Notes: generated by a model from the sequence alone, not told the origin. A stretch of 48,361 nt of DNA from an uncultured Clostridia bacterium (GCA_934613185.1 CAKTSO010000001.1:1-48361), one strand, 5' to 3'. Shown: positions 33,636 to 42,216, counted from the first letter of the stretch. Translations and numbers: made by a program.

Positions 33636-35117
33636 ATGCCGCTTTGCAGATTTCCCGGCGGCGGCGCGATGTTCTGCGCCACACCCGTCGAAAACATGTT
33701 TCTGGAAGAGTACATGCCCAACGCCCCGTCGGACTACGTCAAGGTCTATCTTTACGGCCTGATGCACTGCTATTATCCCAACGGCGGCGCGGCCGACCTT
33801 TCCTCCTTCGCCCGCAGCCTCCGCATCCCGGAGGACGACGTGCGCCGCGCGTTTTTCTATTGGCAGCAGCAGGGGCTGGTGCGCATTCAGGTCTCCCCGC
33901 AGGGGCCGAGCGTGTTCTACAACATCCTGCCGCGCGACGCGCGGGGCTTCGCGCTGCCCGCGGCCGACCGCTTTTTGAACTTCAACCGAAAGGTGCAGTC
34001 GCTCTTTGATCCCCGCCAGCTCACGCCGCGCGAGACGGACGCCATGCACGAATGGATCGAGGCGGACGGCTTTGAGGAAGACAGCATTTTGCAGCTTTGC
34101 GAATACGCCATCTCGCTGCACGGGCGAAACGTCGGCTTTGCGTATTTGAAGACCGTCGCGCAGAACTGGCTCGCCGAAGGCCTGACGAGCGCGGCGGACG
34201 TGCGCGCGCATTTGCAGCAGCGAAAATCCGAGGTGCGCGACGCGCAGTCGGTCCTGGCGTCGCTCGGGATCCGCAACCGCGCCGCCACGGAGGCGGAGCT
34301 TGCGCTGTATCGCAAATGGACGCTCGAATGGGGCTTTGACCGCGACGCGATCGACGTCGCGTGCGCGCAGTCGGCCTCCGCGGCGCAGCCGACGATGAAA
34401 TACGTCGACACGATCCTGTCTTCCTTCGCGGAAAACCACGTCTTCACCGCGCCCGAGATCGAGGCGTTTTTGCAATATCGCGCGCATCGCCGCGCGGCGG
34501 CGGCTTCCATTCAGAACGCCATGGGCGTCTACGGCGCGCCGAGCCCGACGCTGATGAACTGCCTTGACACCTGGCGCGCGCAGTACGGATACGACACGCC
34601 CGTGGTGCTTCTTGCCGCGCAGCAGGCCGGCCGCCGCGGACAAAAGACGCTCGACGCGCTGGAGAACATTCTGTCCTCCTGGCACGCGGCCAATCTTCTG
34701 TCCCAACAGGACGTGGTCGATTACCTTGCCGCGCAGAAGACCGACGGCGAGGCAGCGGCGAACGTGCTGCGGCATCTGGCGCTGGAATTCGCGCCGAACG
34801 AACAGACGCGCCGAAGCGTCTCGCTTTGGAGCACACAGTGGGGGCTGCCGATGGACGTGATCCTCTACGGCGCGGACGAGATCGTAAAGTCCGGCGTGCA
34901 GCGCGACCGCATGCGCGCGCTGCATAACCTCCTTCAAAATTGGTTCGAGCGAGGCGTCCGCGACCTCGCCGCCGCACAGGCCGCACAGGCCGCCCCGGCG
35001 GAACGAAGCTTCACGCCCTATTCCGCCGCGCGCGGGCAGCAGTCAGGCAGCAACAATTCTGCGCTGTCCTACGAGCAGCGCACCGACTCGATGAACGATG
35101 CCTATCTCGATCTTTGA
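33636..35117 (+). CDS. DnaD/DnaB_2-domain replication initiation and membrane attachment protein
   Basis: 493 aa. N-terminal FLEEYMPNAPSDYVKVYLYGL, plus repeated DnaD-type modules (RETDAMHEWIEADGFEEDSILQLCEYA...YLKTVAQNWLAEGL and YVDTILSSFAENHV). Lies upstream of a DnaI-like loader. The start could instead be M12 at 33669. Confidence 0.75.
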   Translation: MPLCRFPGGGAMFCATPVENMFLEEYMPNAPSDYVKVYLYGLMHCYYPNGGAADLSSFARSLRIPEDDVRRAFFYWQQQGLVRIQVSPQGPSVFYNILPRDARGFALPAADRFLNFNRKVQSLFDPRQLTPRETDAMHEWIEADGFEEDSILQLCEYAISLHGRNVGFAYLKTVAQNWLAEGLTSAADVRAHLQQRKSEVRDAQSVLASLGIRNRAATEAELALYRKWTLEWGFDRDAIDVACAQSASAAQPTMKYVDTILSSFAENHVFTAPEIEAFLQYRAHRRAAAASIQNAMGVYGAPSPTLMNCLDTWRAQYGYDTPVVLLAAQQAGRRGQKTLDALENILSSWHAANLLSQQDVVDYLAAQKTDGEAAANVLRHLALEFAPNEQTRRSVSLWSTQWGLPMDVILYGADEIVKSGVQRDRMRALHNLLQNWFERGVRDLAAAQAAQAAPAERSFTPYSAARGQQSGSNNSALSYEQRTDSMNDAYLDL

Positions 35118-35157
35118 TCGGGTTTGGAGCTTTTCACGCCTCCCAAAGGAGCAAGCC

Positions 35158-36168
35158 ATGTCACAGTATTATCAGCGCGCGCTGCGCCAGATGGATCTTG
35201 ACCGCAGCGACAAGATCGCCCGCGCCGAGGAAAACCGCCGCGCGTTTTACGCCGCGCACCCGGAGCTGGACGATCTGGAAAGCCAAATCGCCGCCGTCAC
35301 GCGCGAGGCGTTCCGAAGCCTTCGGGGGACGCACCCCGTCTCGGGCGAGGAGGCGGCCGCCGCCGCGCAGAAAAAAATCGACGTCCTTCGCCGCGAACAT
35401 GAGGCGCGCGTGCGCGCCGCGGGCGGCGACCCGAACGATTTTCTTCCCCGATGGGACTGCCCCGTGTGCCGCGACATGGGCTACATCGACACACCCGACG
35501 GCAACCGCCGCATGTGCGATTGTCTGAAGGCGAAGGCCGCCTCGATGGCGATCACGCACGAAGAGTTCCGCCCCGACCAAAATCAGAACTTCGACGCCTT
35601 CGACCTTTCCCGCTTCCCCGAAACGCCCGACCCCGTCCCGGGGGAGCGCAATTCGCAGCGAAAGCTCATGGCTCTCGCCTGTCAGATCGCGCGCGAATAC
35701 GCGGGGGCGTTTTCCGAAAAAGGCAGCGGCAACTTCCTTTTGTGCGGCGCGAGCGGCCTCGGGAAGACATATCTTCTCCAGTGCGTCGCGAATGCCGTGG
35801 CCGAGCGCGGCTATTCGGTCTGCTATCTTACGGCCTATCGGCTGTCGAACCTTCTGCGCGACGCGTATCTGGGGGAAGACGAGGCCGCACACACGGAGCA
35901 GGCGCTGATCAACTGCGATCTTCTTTGCATCGACGACCTTGGCAGCGAACCCATCCGCCGCAACATCAATCTGGAGAGCCTTTTTTCGATCTTAAACGAG
36001 CGCACGATCGCACATCGCGCCACGGCCGTGGCGAGCAATCTTTTATTAACCCAGCTTCGCGACCGCTACGGCGAACGGATCACGTCCCGTCTGGCGGGCG
36101 AAAACTGCCGCACGATCCGCCTCTACGGCGCGGACCTTCGTCTTGCAAAAAACACGCGCGAACCGTAA
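35158..36168 (+). CDS. DnaI/DnaC-like replicative helicase loader (AAA+)
   Basis: ORF trimmed to ATG 35158 with an AAAGGAG RBS. Zn motif CPVCRDMGYI...RMCDC, Walker A GASGLGKTYL, Walker B LLCIDDLGSE. Confidence 0.85.
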   Translation: MSQYYQRALRQMDLDRSDKIARAEENRRAFYAAHPELDDLESQIAAVTREAFRSLRGTHPVSGEEAAAAAQKKIDVLRREHEARVRAAGGDPNDFLPRWDCPVCRDMGYIDTPDGNRRMCDCLKAKAASMAITHEEFRPDQNQNFDAFDLSRFPETPDPVPGERNSQRKLMALACQIAREYAGAFSEKGSGNFLLCGASGLGKTYLLQCVANAVAERGYSVCYLTAYRLSNLLRDAYLGEDEAAHTEQALINCDLLCIDDLGSEPIRRNINLESLFSILNERTIAHRATAVASNLLLTQLRDRYGERITSRLAGENCRTIRLYGADLRLAKNTREP

Positions 36169-36265
36169 AATAAAAGCAGAATCACAGCCGCACGGCTTTC
36201 GCGAAACGGAACGCGGCGGTCTGCCATAACATCATACGATCAACGGAGGATCAAGAAAAAACGCC

Positions 36266-37219
36266 ATGAACGAAAATCTTCCCAATGCGGTGCTGTGCGT
36301 CGGGATGCTCAACTGCGACGTCTTTTTCCGCAACACACCGAAAAACCTCATGCACACCGACACGTCCTTCATGCGCGACGTGACGATGCTCGTCGGCGGC
36401 GACGCGGCGAACGTCTCGCAGAACCTCGCGCACATGGGCATCACCTCCTATCTTGCCGCGAACGTCGCGGGCGACGTGTTCGGGCAGCATGTCTGCGACA
36501 CGCTCGAGGGCGAAGGCGTGGACACCCGCTTCGTGCGCCGCGACAGCGAGACCGGCACGGCCGTGAGCCTGTTTTTCTATGACACGGACGGCAAAAAGCA
36601 CTGCGGCGCGTTCCGCGGCGGCAACCGTTCGTTCCGTCCCGACATGGTGACCGACGAGATGTTGAAATCCGCGCGGCACATGCACATCGGTTCGTTCGTG
36701 ACGCTCGAAAGCTTTATCGGGCAGCCCGCCGAAAATCTGATCCGCCGCGCAAAGGCGCTCGGGCTGACCGTCTCCGCCGACATCTCCGGCGGCAGCGCGG
36801 CCGACCGCGACACGATGCGCCGCGTCATCCCGCTTTGCGACGTGTTCACGATGAACGAAGAGGAGACGCTCGAATTGACGAACGAAACCGACATGAAGCG
36901 CGCCTCGGAAAAGCTTCGCGAATTCGCACCCACGCTTTTGATTTTGAAGCAGGGCGCACGCGGCGTCTTCGTCACGGATTTCAAGGGCTATGAAAAGCAG
37001 TTCGCGCCCCTCGCGCGGCCCGAAGAGGTCAAAGACGCCGTCGGCGCGGGCGATTCTTTCATTTCCGGCTACATCGCCGCGCTCCTTCACGGGGAAAGCC
37101 GCGACGAGTGCATCAAGACCGGCTCCGCCGCGTCCGCGATCTGCATTTCGGATTTCGGCGCGTCCAACTGGAAGGTCTCCTATGAACAAGTCCGCGCCTT
37201 TGCTGCGGAGCGCGCCTGA
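36266..37219 (+). CDS. PfkB-family kinase paralog K1 (most divergent; canonical NxxE)
   Basis: 317 aa. Motifs GGDAANVS (GG motif), VFTMNEEE (NxxE) and DAVGAGDSFISG (GAGD catalytic motif). Confidence 0.85.
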   Translation: MNENLPNAVLCVGMLNCDVFFRNTPKNLMHTDTSFMRDVTMLVGGDAANVSQNLAHMGITSYLAANVAGDVFGQHVCDTLEGEGVDTRFVRRDSETGTAVSLFFYDTDGKKHCGAFRGGNRSFRPDMVTDEMLKSARHMHIGSFVTLESFIGQPAENLIRRAKALGLTVSADISGGSAADRDTMRRVIPLCDVFTMNEEETLELTNETDMKRASEKLREFAPTLLILKQGARGVFVTDFKGYEKQFAPLARPEEVKDAVGAGDSFISGYIAALLHGESRDECIKTGSAASAICISDFGASNWKVSYEQVRAFAAERA

Positions 37220-37238
37220 GACGCGGGAGGTAGTGACA

Positions 37239-38204
37239 ATGCAGAAACGTTTTGACATTCTTTGCATGGGCATCGGCTGCTACGACGTCGTCGTGCGCCA
37301 TCTGCCCGCGGATTTCATGGAACAAAGCGTCGTCCCCATCGGCGATATCACCACTTCCACCGGCGGCGACGCGCTGAACGCCTCCGTCGATCTGACGCGT
37401 CTTGGCGCGAAAACCGGCTTTTTGACCGTTCTCGGGAACGATGCCTGGGGCAAGAGCGTCCTGGCCGATCTCGCGCAAAAGGGCGTGGATACCTCCGCCG
37501 TTCAGGTGCGCGACGACTTCAGCACCTGCGTCAGCTACGTTCTCGTCGAGAAAAACGGCGACCGTCATTTTGCCGTCAACTTCCCCGAGAACCCTCTTCC
37601 TCTTCACAACAGCGACATCTCCGACGAGCTTCTTGCCTCCACGCGGCACATTCATGCGGCAAGCTGCAATGCGCTGGGGTCGATGGACGACGAGCTGGAC
37701 GTCCTGTTCCGCCGCGCGCACGAGATGGGCGTGACCACGAGCATGGATACCGGCGCGGACCCCACGGGCCGCTGGTTCGACCGCATTCGAGAGACGATCA
37801 AATACTGCGACATCTTCTTCCCGAGCCACTACGAGGCGGCGGCCTACTGCGGCGGCGAAACGGATGTTTTGAAGATGAAGGAATTCTTCCGCGACAAGGG
37901 CGTGAAGATCTTCGGCGTGAAGCTGGGCGCGGACGGCGTGTTCGTCACCGACTTTAAAGAGGACATCTTCATGAAGCCGCTGTTCACCGGCACGCCCGTG
38001 GACACCACCGGCGCGGGCGACGCGTTCTGCTCGACGTTCGTGGCGGGCATCGTGCGCGGCATGAGCATGCACGACGCGGCGGCGCTGGGGCAGGCGCAGT
38101 CGGCGCACATCATCCGCACCGTCGGCGCGAACAACGGCGCGGTCGACATCCATACCCTCGTGGAATACGCAAAGGGCTACGGATACGATCTGGATATCAA
38201 ATAA
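37239..38204 (+). CDS. PfkB-family kinase paralog K2
   Basis: ORF 36990..38204 trimmed to ATG 37239 (GGGAGG RBS). Motifs TGGDALNAS, VTTSMD, FFPSHYE and DTTGAGDAFCST. Confidence 0.85.
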   Translation: MQKRFDILCMGIGCYDVVVRHLPADFMEQSVVPIGDITTSTGGDALNASVDLTRLGAKTGFLTVLGNDAWGKSVLADLAQKGVDTSAVQVRDDFSTCVSYVLVEKNGDRHFAVNFPENPLPLHNSDISDELLASTRHIHAASCNALGSMDDELDVLFRRAHEMGVTTSMDTGADPTGRWFDRIRETIKYCDIFFPSHYEAAAYCGGETDVLKMKEFFRDKGVKIFGVKLGADGVFVTDFKEDIFMKPLFTGTPVDTTGAGDAFCSTFVAGIVRGMSMHDAAALGQAQSAHIIRTVGANNGAVDIHTLVEYAKGYGYDLDIK

Positions 38205-38222
38205 TCGTTGTATTTCAACATC

Positions 38223-38262
38223 ATCCGCACGGGAAAATCGCTTTCCGTGCGGATTTTTCTTT
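38223..38262 (+). terminator. Intrinsic terminator after K2
   Basis: 10-bp stem atccgcacgg (38223-38232) / ccgtgcggat (38245-38254), then TTTTCTTTG. Confidence 0.75.
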
Positions 38263-38275
38263 GTGTTTTCTGGTT

Positions 38276-38554
38276 AGCTGCTTTCAAATAAGAAAACAAT
38301 CGTCAAAAAATATGGCATAACATGTGAAATCCTTTAAACCCACACATGCAATTTCTAAAACAAAAGTACATTTTTATAGATTCACATCATCAAAATGCCT
38401 TATTTTTTGATGCTTGCAGTTTTAAGCTAGAGATTTTTTGTTTTTGGCTAAGTGAAAAGCGGAGGCGACGCCGGAAGCGTCGTTGAGCATTTTCACAACG
38501 CCAAAACGGAAAAGATCAGCTTAAAACCGATTGTTTTCTTTTTTGAAGGCAGCT
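38276..38554. repeat. AT-rich 279-bp element bounded by 27-nt inverted repeats, with an internal ~109-nt long hairpin (MITE-like or structured RNA)
   Basis: The left arm agctgctttcaaataagaaaacaatcg (38276-38302) matches the reverse complement of 38528-38554 at 25 of 27 positions. An inner imperfect hairpin spans 38419-38527, with a gttttaagct/agcttaaaac base, a gtgaaaa/ttttcac helix and a cgacgc/gcgtcg tip. An additional hairpin catcaaaa/ttttgatg lies at 38387-38411. Confidence 0.6.
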
Positions 38555-38584
38555 TTAGTCATTTCTTTTTTTGACTGTTTCATA

Positions 38585-38590
38585 TATAAT
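38585..38590 (+). promoter_or_regulatory. Candidate -10 box of the L,D-transpeptidase gene
   Basis: TATAAT lies within tatataataga, the same extended context as the K3 promoter. No convincing -35 at 17-nt spacing. Confidence 0.35.
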
Positions 38591-38634
38591 AGACACGCGA
38601 TTTGCGATCTATCGGTTAAAGGAGCAATCATTCG

Positions 38635-39651
38635 ATGCAATCCGTCAAGCGGCGGCCCGTATGGGCCCTGATGGCAATCTTACTTGCGGCGGCGGCCGTG
38701 TTTTCCGGCTGCGCGAAGCGCGGCGTGGACGCGTCCGTCCCCTCGCCCGAACCTTCGTATGCGCAAAGCGAAATCGAAAATGCGCTGAGCGGCAGCGTGC
38801 AGGAAGCGCTGGCGCTGTTTGAAAAACAGCAGGAGGGCGCGGACGGCGCGGCACAGAACTTCCCGAAGACTTCCGTTTCCGCCGCGGCGCCCGAGGCGGA
38901 GCAATCGCCCGAGCCGACGCCCACGCCGACGATCCCGCAGGTGTCGTCCCAGATGCCGTACATGATCGCCATCTACATCGGCTCTCAGCGCGTCGTGGTC
39001 TATCAAAAGGACGCGGACGGCGCCTACACCGTCCCCGCGCGCGTGTTCACCGTCTCCACCGGTCTTGGCAGCAACACCATTTTGGGCCAGTATAAAATTC
39101 AGAGCCGCTGGCGCTGGCTTCCCATGCACGGGATCTACTGCCAGTACGTCACGCAGTGGAGCGGCAACTATCTGTTCCACTCCGTCATGTATTCCCAGAC
39201 CGACCCGTCGACGATGGATCGAAGCGCCTACAACCGCTTGGGCAGCAAGGCCTCCGCGGGCTGCATCCGCATGACCGTACGCGACGCCAAATGGATCTAC
39301 GACAACTGCGGCCGCGGCACCTATGTCATCGCGACGAACGATTCCTGCCCGCCCGGCACGCCCGGAAGCAGCGGCGTCCCGCCGCTGACGCTCGACGTGC
39401 GCTGGGATCCGACCGATCCCGACCCGCGCAATCCCTACATCACGGGGCTGCCCACGCCGACACCCGCGCCCGAACCGACGCCCGCGCCCGAACCGACGCC
39501 CGTCCCGAGCCCGAGCGAAGAACCGACGCCCGTCCCGAGCGAAACGCCGAGCCCGACGCCGACGCCCGCCCCGAGCGAAGCGCCCACACCCACTCCCGTG
39601 CCGACGCCGACGCCCGCGCCGCCCGAGCCTTCGCCCGGCGCGGAAAACTGA
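38635..39651 (+). CDS. L,D-transpeptidase (YkuD domain) lipoprotein with a Pro/Thr/Glu-rich C-terminal tail
   Basis: 338 aa. Lipobox FSGC. YkuD core is IAIYIGSQRVVVYQKD...LFHSV...GSKASAGCIRMTVRDAKWIY (catalytic His and Cys). Tail is PTPAPEPTPAPEPTPVPSPSEEPTPVPSETPSPTPTPAP. Confidence 0.85.
   Translation: MQSVKRRPVWALMAILLAAAAVFSGCAKRGVDASVPSPEPSYAQSEIENALSGSVQEALALFEKQQEGADGAAQNFPKTSVSAAAPEAEQSPEPTPTPTIPQVSSQMPYMIAIYIGSQRVVVYQKDADGAYTVPARVFTVSTGLGSNTILGQYKIQSRWRWLPMHGIYCQYVTQWSGNYLFHSVMYSQTDPSTMDRSAYNRLGSKASAGCIRMTVRDAKWIYDNCGRGTYVIATNDSCPPGTPGSSGVPPLTLDVRWDPTDPDPRNPYITGLPTPTPAPEPTPAPEPTPVPSPSEEPTPVPSETPSPTPTPAPSEAPTPTPVPTPTPAPPEPSPGAEN
39451..39640 (+). repeat. Coding short tandem repeats (Pro/Thr/Glu linker)
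   Basis: The 18-mer cccgcgcccgaaccgacg is tandem at 39463-39480 and 39481-39498. The 21-mer gaaccgacgcccgtcccgagc occurs at 39490-39510 and 39520-39540. Confidence 0.75.
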
Positions 39652-39663
39652 ACAGACGCTTTT

Positions 39664-39699
39664 CGGCGAACCGGATTTCCCCCCGGTTCGCCGTTTTTA
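39664..39699 (+). terminator. Intrinsic terminator after the L,D-transpeptidase gene
   Basis: 11-bp stem cggcgaaccgg (39664-39674) / ccggttcgccg (39683-39693), then TTTTT. Confidence 0.75.
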
Positions 39700-39711
39700 T
39701 ATCGATTTCAT

Positions 39712-39740
39712 TTCAAAACCGCGCGGTTTCGTTATATAAT
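39712..39740 (+). promoter_or_regulatory. Sigma-A-type promoter of K3
   Basis: TTCAAA (39712-39717), 17 nt, TATAAT (39735-39740). Confidence 0.55.
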
Positions 39741-39766
39741 AGAAGCTGAAAGTGAGTGCGGCTATC

Positions 39767-40717
39767 ATGAAAGTATTGTGTATCGGCGCGATTCTCTGCG
39801 ACGTGGCGTTCAGCCCCGTGGCGGAGAACGACTGGAAAAAGACGCGCCCCGTCACGGCGGAGGCATTCTCCCTGCACGGCGGCGGCGAAGGCAACAACGC
39901 TTCGATGGATCTTGCGGCCCTCGGCGAAGAGGTGCGGCTCGTCGGCCGCGTCGGCGACGATTTCATCGGGGCGCATCTTCTGGACGAACTGAACAAAAAG
40001 GGTGTGGATACCGAACACGTCATTCGCGTGCCGGGGGAAAACACGACCGTCTCCGTGCAGATGATCAGCTCCCGCGGCGCGCGGACGCTTGCGGCAAAGC
40101 GCTGGGGCGCGAACGAGACGCTCGAAGCGGGCGACGTGCCCGACGAATTGATCAAATGGGCGGATCACGTCCACATCGTCGCGGCGATGTGTTTGTCCGG
40201 CTTCGACGGCGCGGGCAGCGCCCGCGTGTTCGCCCGTGCGCACGCGCTCGGCAAGACGACGAGCATGGATCTGAACAATCCGCGCTTTGACGGCGAGTGC
40301 TTCCATCTGTTCCGCGACGCGCTCAAAAACTGCGACGTGTTTTTGCCGTCGAGCTACGAAGTCGAGCGCGCGGTGGGGCTAAGCGACATGCACGACATCC
40401 GCGACTTTTTCGCGCCCTACGGCATAAAAATTCTGGGCGTCAAGCGCTCGGAAAAGGGCGTGTATCTGACGGATTTCAAAAAAGAGATCGACATGCCGTC
40501 CCTTCTTTCGGGCGACCCGGTCGACGTCGTCGGCGCGGGCGACGCGTTTTCCTCGACGTTTGTCTCCGCCTGGAAGCGCGGCTATTCGATGCAAAACTGC
40601 GGCGCGATCGCAAGCGCCGCCTCGGCGCATGTGTTAAAAGCCCTCGGCGCGACGGCGGGCATGCGCGATTTCGACACGCTCGTTTCCTTTGCGAGGGAAA
40701 AGGGCGCGATGGAGTAA
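39767..40717 (+). CDS. PfkB-family kinase paralog K3
   Basis: The ORF-track start 39752 is a GTG; the first ATG is 39767 (MKVLCIGAILCD). Motifs GGGEGNNAS (variant GG motif), KTTSMD, FLPSSYE and DVVGAGDAFSST. Confidence 0.85.
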   Translation: MKVLCIGAILCDVAFSPVAENDWKKTRPVTAEAFSLHGGGEGNNASMDLAALGEEVRLVGRVGDDFIGAHLLDELNKKGVDTEHVIRVPGENTTVSVQMISSRGARTLAAKRWGANETLEAGDVPDELIKWADHVHIVAAMCLSGFDGAGSARVFARAHALGKTTSMDLNNPRFDGECFHLFRDALKNCDVFLPSSYEVERAVGLSDMHDIRDFFAPYGIKILGVKRSEKGVYLTDFKKEIDMPSLLSGDPVDVVGAGDAFSSTFVSAWKRGYSMQNCGAIASAASAHVLKALGATAGMRDFDTLVSFAREKGAME

Positions 40718-40795
40718 GAAGAAATCTTGCGGGAAGCATCCCTTTCAGAAAAAGGGCTGCAAGCCGCGGTCAATTACATTGCTTGAGAGAACGGC

Positions 40796-41135
40796 GCAGT
40801 TAAGGGCTTCCTCTGAGAGGGGCTTGTACCCCTAGGGCACGAGACACCCCGAGCGTCCCCGAAGGGGACAGTACCCCTAGGGCACGCGATTCAGGCGTGA
40901 AGCCGGCGCCAAAGGCGACTGATGAGGTGTCGCTGTTGGGGCAGATGCAATAAGAAGAACGACAGTTTCGATCTTCGCCGCAGCAAATGCAGCGCTGATT
41001 TCCAACCGTCAACCTTCTTATTGAACCTGCGCTCCGTATTCGAAGCAGAGACACCTCATCCGTCTTGCCTTACGGCAATCCACCTTCCCCTCTTAGGGGA
41101 AGGCTTGCGGGAAGCGTCGCAGAGAAGAAATGCGG
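40796..41135. repeat. Cluster of REP-like hairpins and nested inverted repeats in the K3-K4 spacer
   Basis: Elements seen:
- The 22-mer ggcttcctctgagaggggcttg (40805-40826) equals 15273-15294.
- The direct repeat gtacccctagggcacg (40827-40842 and 40871-40886) flanks the hairpin gtccccgaaggggac.
- Nested stems gatgaggtgtc (40921-40931) / gacacctcatc (41050-41060) and caataagaag (40948-40957) / cttcttattg (41014-41023).
- The hairpin ccttcccct-ctta-ggggaagg (41082-41102).
- cttgcgggaagc occurs at both 40726 and 41104. Confidence 0.55.
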
Positions 41136-41245
41136 GGTCCTCGACATCCGAAGCCCCACAAGCTCCCGCCGTCATTTCTACACTCCCCGATCTTACGGCG
41201 CATTTGCGCTCAAACGATAGAAACAAACCCACACGGAGGACATCC

Positions 41246-42196
41246 ATGAACTTTTTGGTCATCGGCCCGATCGTCTGCGACATTGCGATGAAAAACATCG
41301 ATCCCGAGGATTTCAAACGCGGACGCACCGTTTTGGAAAGCTTTGAGATCGCGGGCGGCGGCGACGCCAACAATGCCGCGATCGATCTTGCCGCCCTCGG
41401 CGAAAACGCCCGCATCTGCGCGCGCGTCGGCGCGGACTTCCTGGGCGACCGTCTCGTTTCGCTTTTAGAGGCGCGCGGCGTGGACGTGCGGTATTTGAAG
41501 CGGATCGAGGATCGCCCGACCACCACGTCCGTCCTCATGCTCGGCTCCTCGGGCGACGTGACGCTCAACGTCATGCGCCACGGCGCGAACGAATCGATGG
41601 AGCCCGGTGACGTGACGGAGGACATGATCGCTTGGGCAGATCACGTTCACATGGTCAGCGTTTTGAATCTGCACGGCTTCGACGGCGAAGGCACGGCGCG
41701 CGCGTTCGCGCTTGCCAAAAAGCACGGCAAGACGACGAGCATGGATCTGAAAAAGCGCATTGCCGACGTTCCCGACCGCATGGGACTGATCGAAAAGACG
41801 CTCGAAAACTGCGACGTGTTTTTGCCCAGCCATTACGAGGTCGAATATCTGTGCGGTCTGACCGATCCGCAGGAGGCGGCGCGGTATTTTCGGCGCTTCG
41901 GCTTAAAGGTCTTCGGCTGCAAGCTCGGCGCGCAGGGCGCGTATCTGACGGATTATAAAGACGAAGTCTTTCAGCCGTCGCTGTATCGGGGGACGCCCGT
42001 GGACGTCATCGGCGCGGGCGACGCGTTCTCCTCGACATTCTCGTGCGCATGGAAGCGCGGATATTCCCTGAAAGACGCCGCGGCGATCGCGAGCGCCGCC
42101 TCGGCGCAGATCGTCGGCACGGTCGGCGCGACGGCCGGCATGAAGGATTTTGATACGCTCGTTTCCTTTGCGCGCGCTTGCGGCGCGCTCGATTGA
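41246..42196 (+). CDS. PfkB-family kinase paralog K4
   Basis: ORF 40922..42196 trimmed to ATG 41246 (CGGAGGA RBS). Motifs GGGDANNAA, KTTSMD, FLPSHYE and DVIGAGDAFSST. Confidence 0.85.
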   Translation: MNFLVIGPIVCDIAMKNIDPEDFKRGRTVLESFEIAGGGDANNAAIDLAALGENARICARVGADFLGDRLVSLLEARGVDVRYLKRIEDRPTTTSVLMLGSSGDVTLNVMRHGANESMEPGDVTEDMIAWADHVHMVSVLNLHGFDGEGTARAFALAKKHGKTTSMDLKKRIADVPDRMGLIEKTLENCDVFLPSHYEVEYLCGLTDPQEAARYFRRFGLKVFGCKLGAQGAYLTDYKDEVFQPSLYRGTPVDVIGAGDAFSSTFSCAWKRGYSLKDAAAIASAASAQIVGTVGATAGMKDFDTLVSFARACGALD

Positions 42197-42216
42197 CTTT
42201 TTTCGGAGGTTTTGCG

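Noticed and set aside
33528-34937. 469-aa minus-strand ORF antisense to the dnaD-like gene. Antisense ORFs over the kinases (36251..37273, 37113..38153, 41971..43176, 45099..46193) are of the same kind.
   Set aside because: The sense strands carry DnaD and PfkB signatures. The antisense translations are Arg/Ala/His-rich with no motifs or RBS.
38346-38486. 46-codon ORF (MQFLKQKYIFIDSHHQNALFFDACSFKLEIFCFWLSEKRRRRRKRR) inside the AT-rich inverted-repeat-bounded element.
   Set aside because: It has no Shine-Dalgarno sequence. Its poly-Arg tail is just the GC-rich hairpin tip read in frame. It is kept only as a caveat for the element.
40922-41245. 108-codon in-frame N-terminal extension of kinase K4 (ORF 40922..42196), and the 84-aa minus ORF 40800..41054.
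   Set aside because: Both run through REP-like hairpins and inverted repeats and have no RBS. All other paralogs start at the equivalent of M-x-x-L-C/V-x-G, and ATG 41246 has a GGAGGA RBS.
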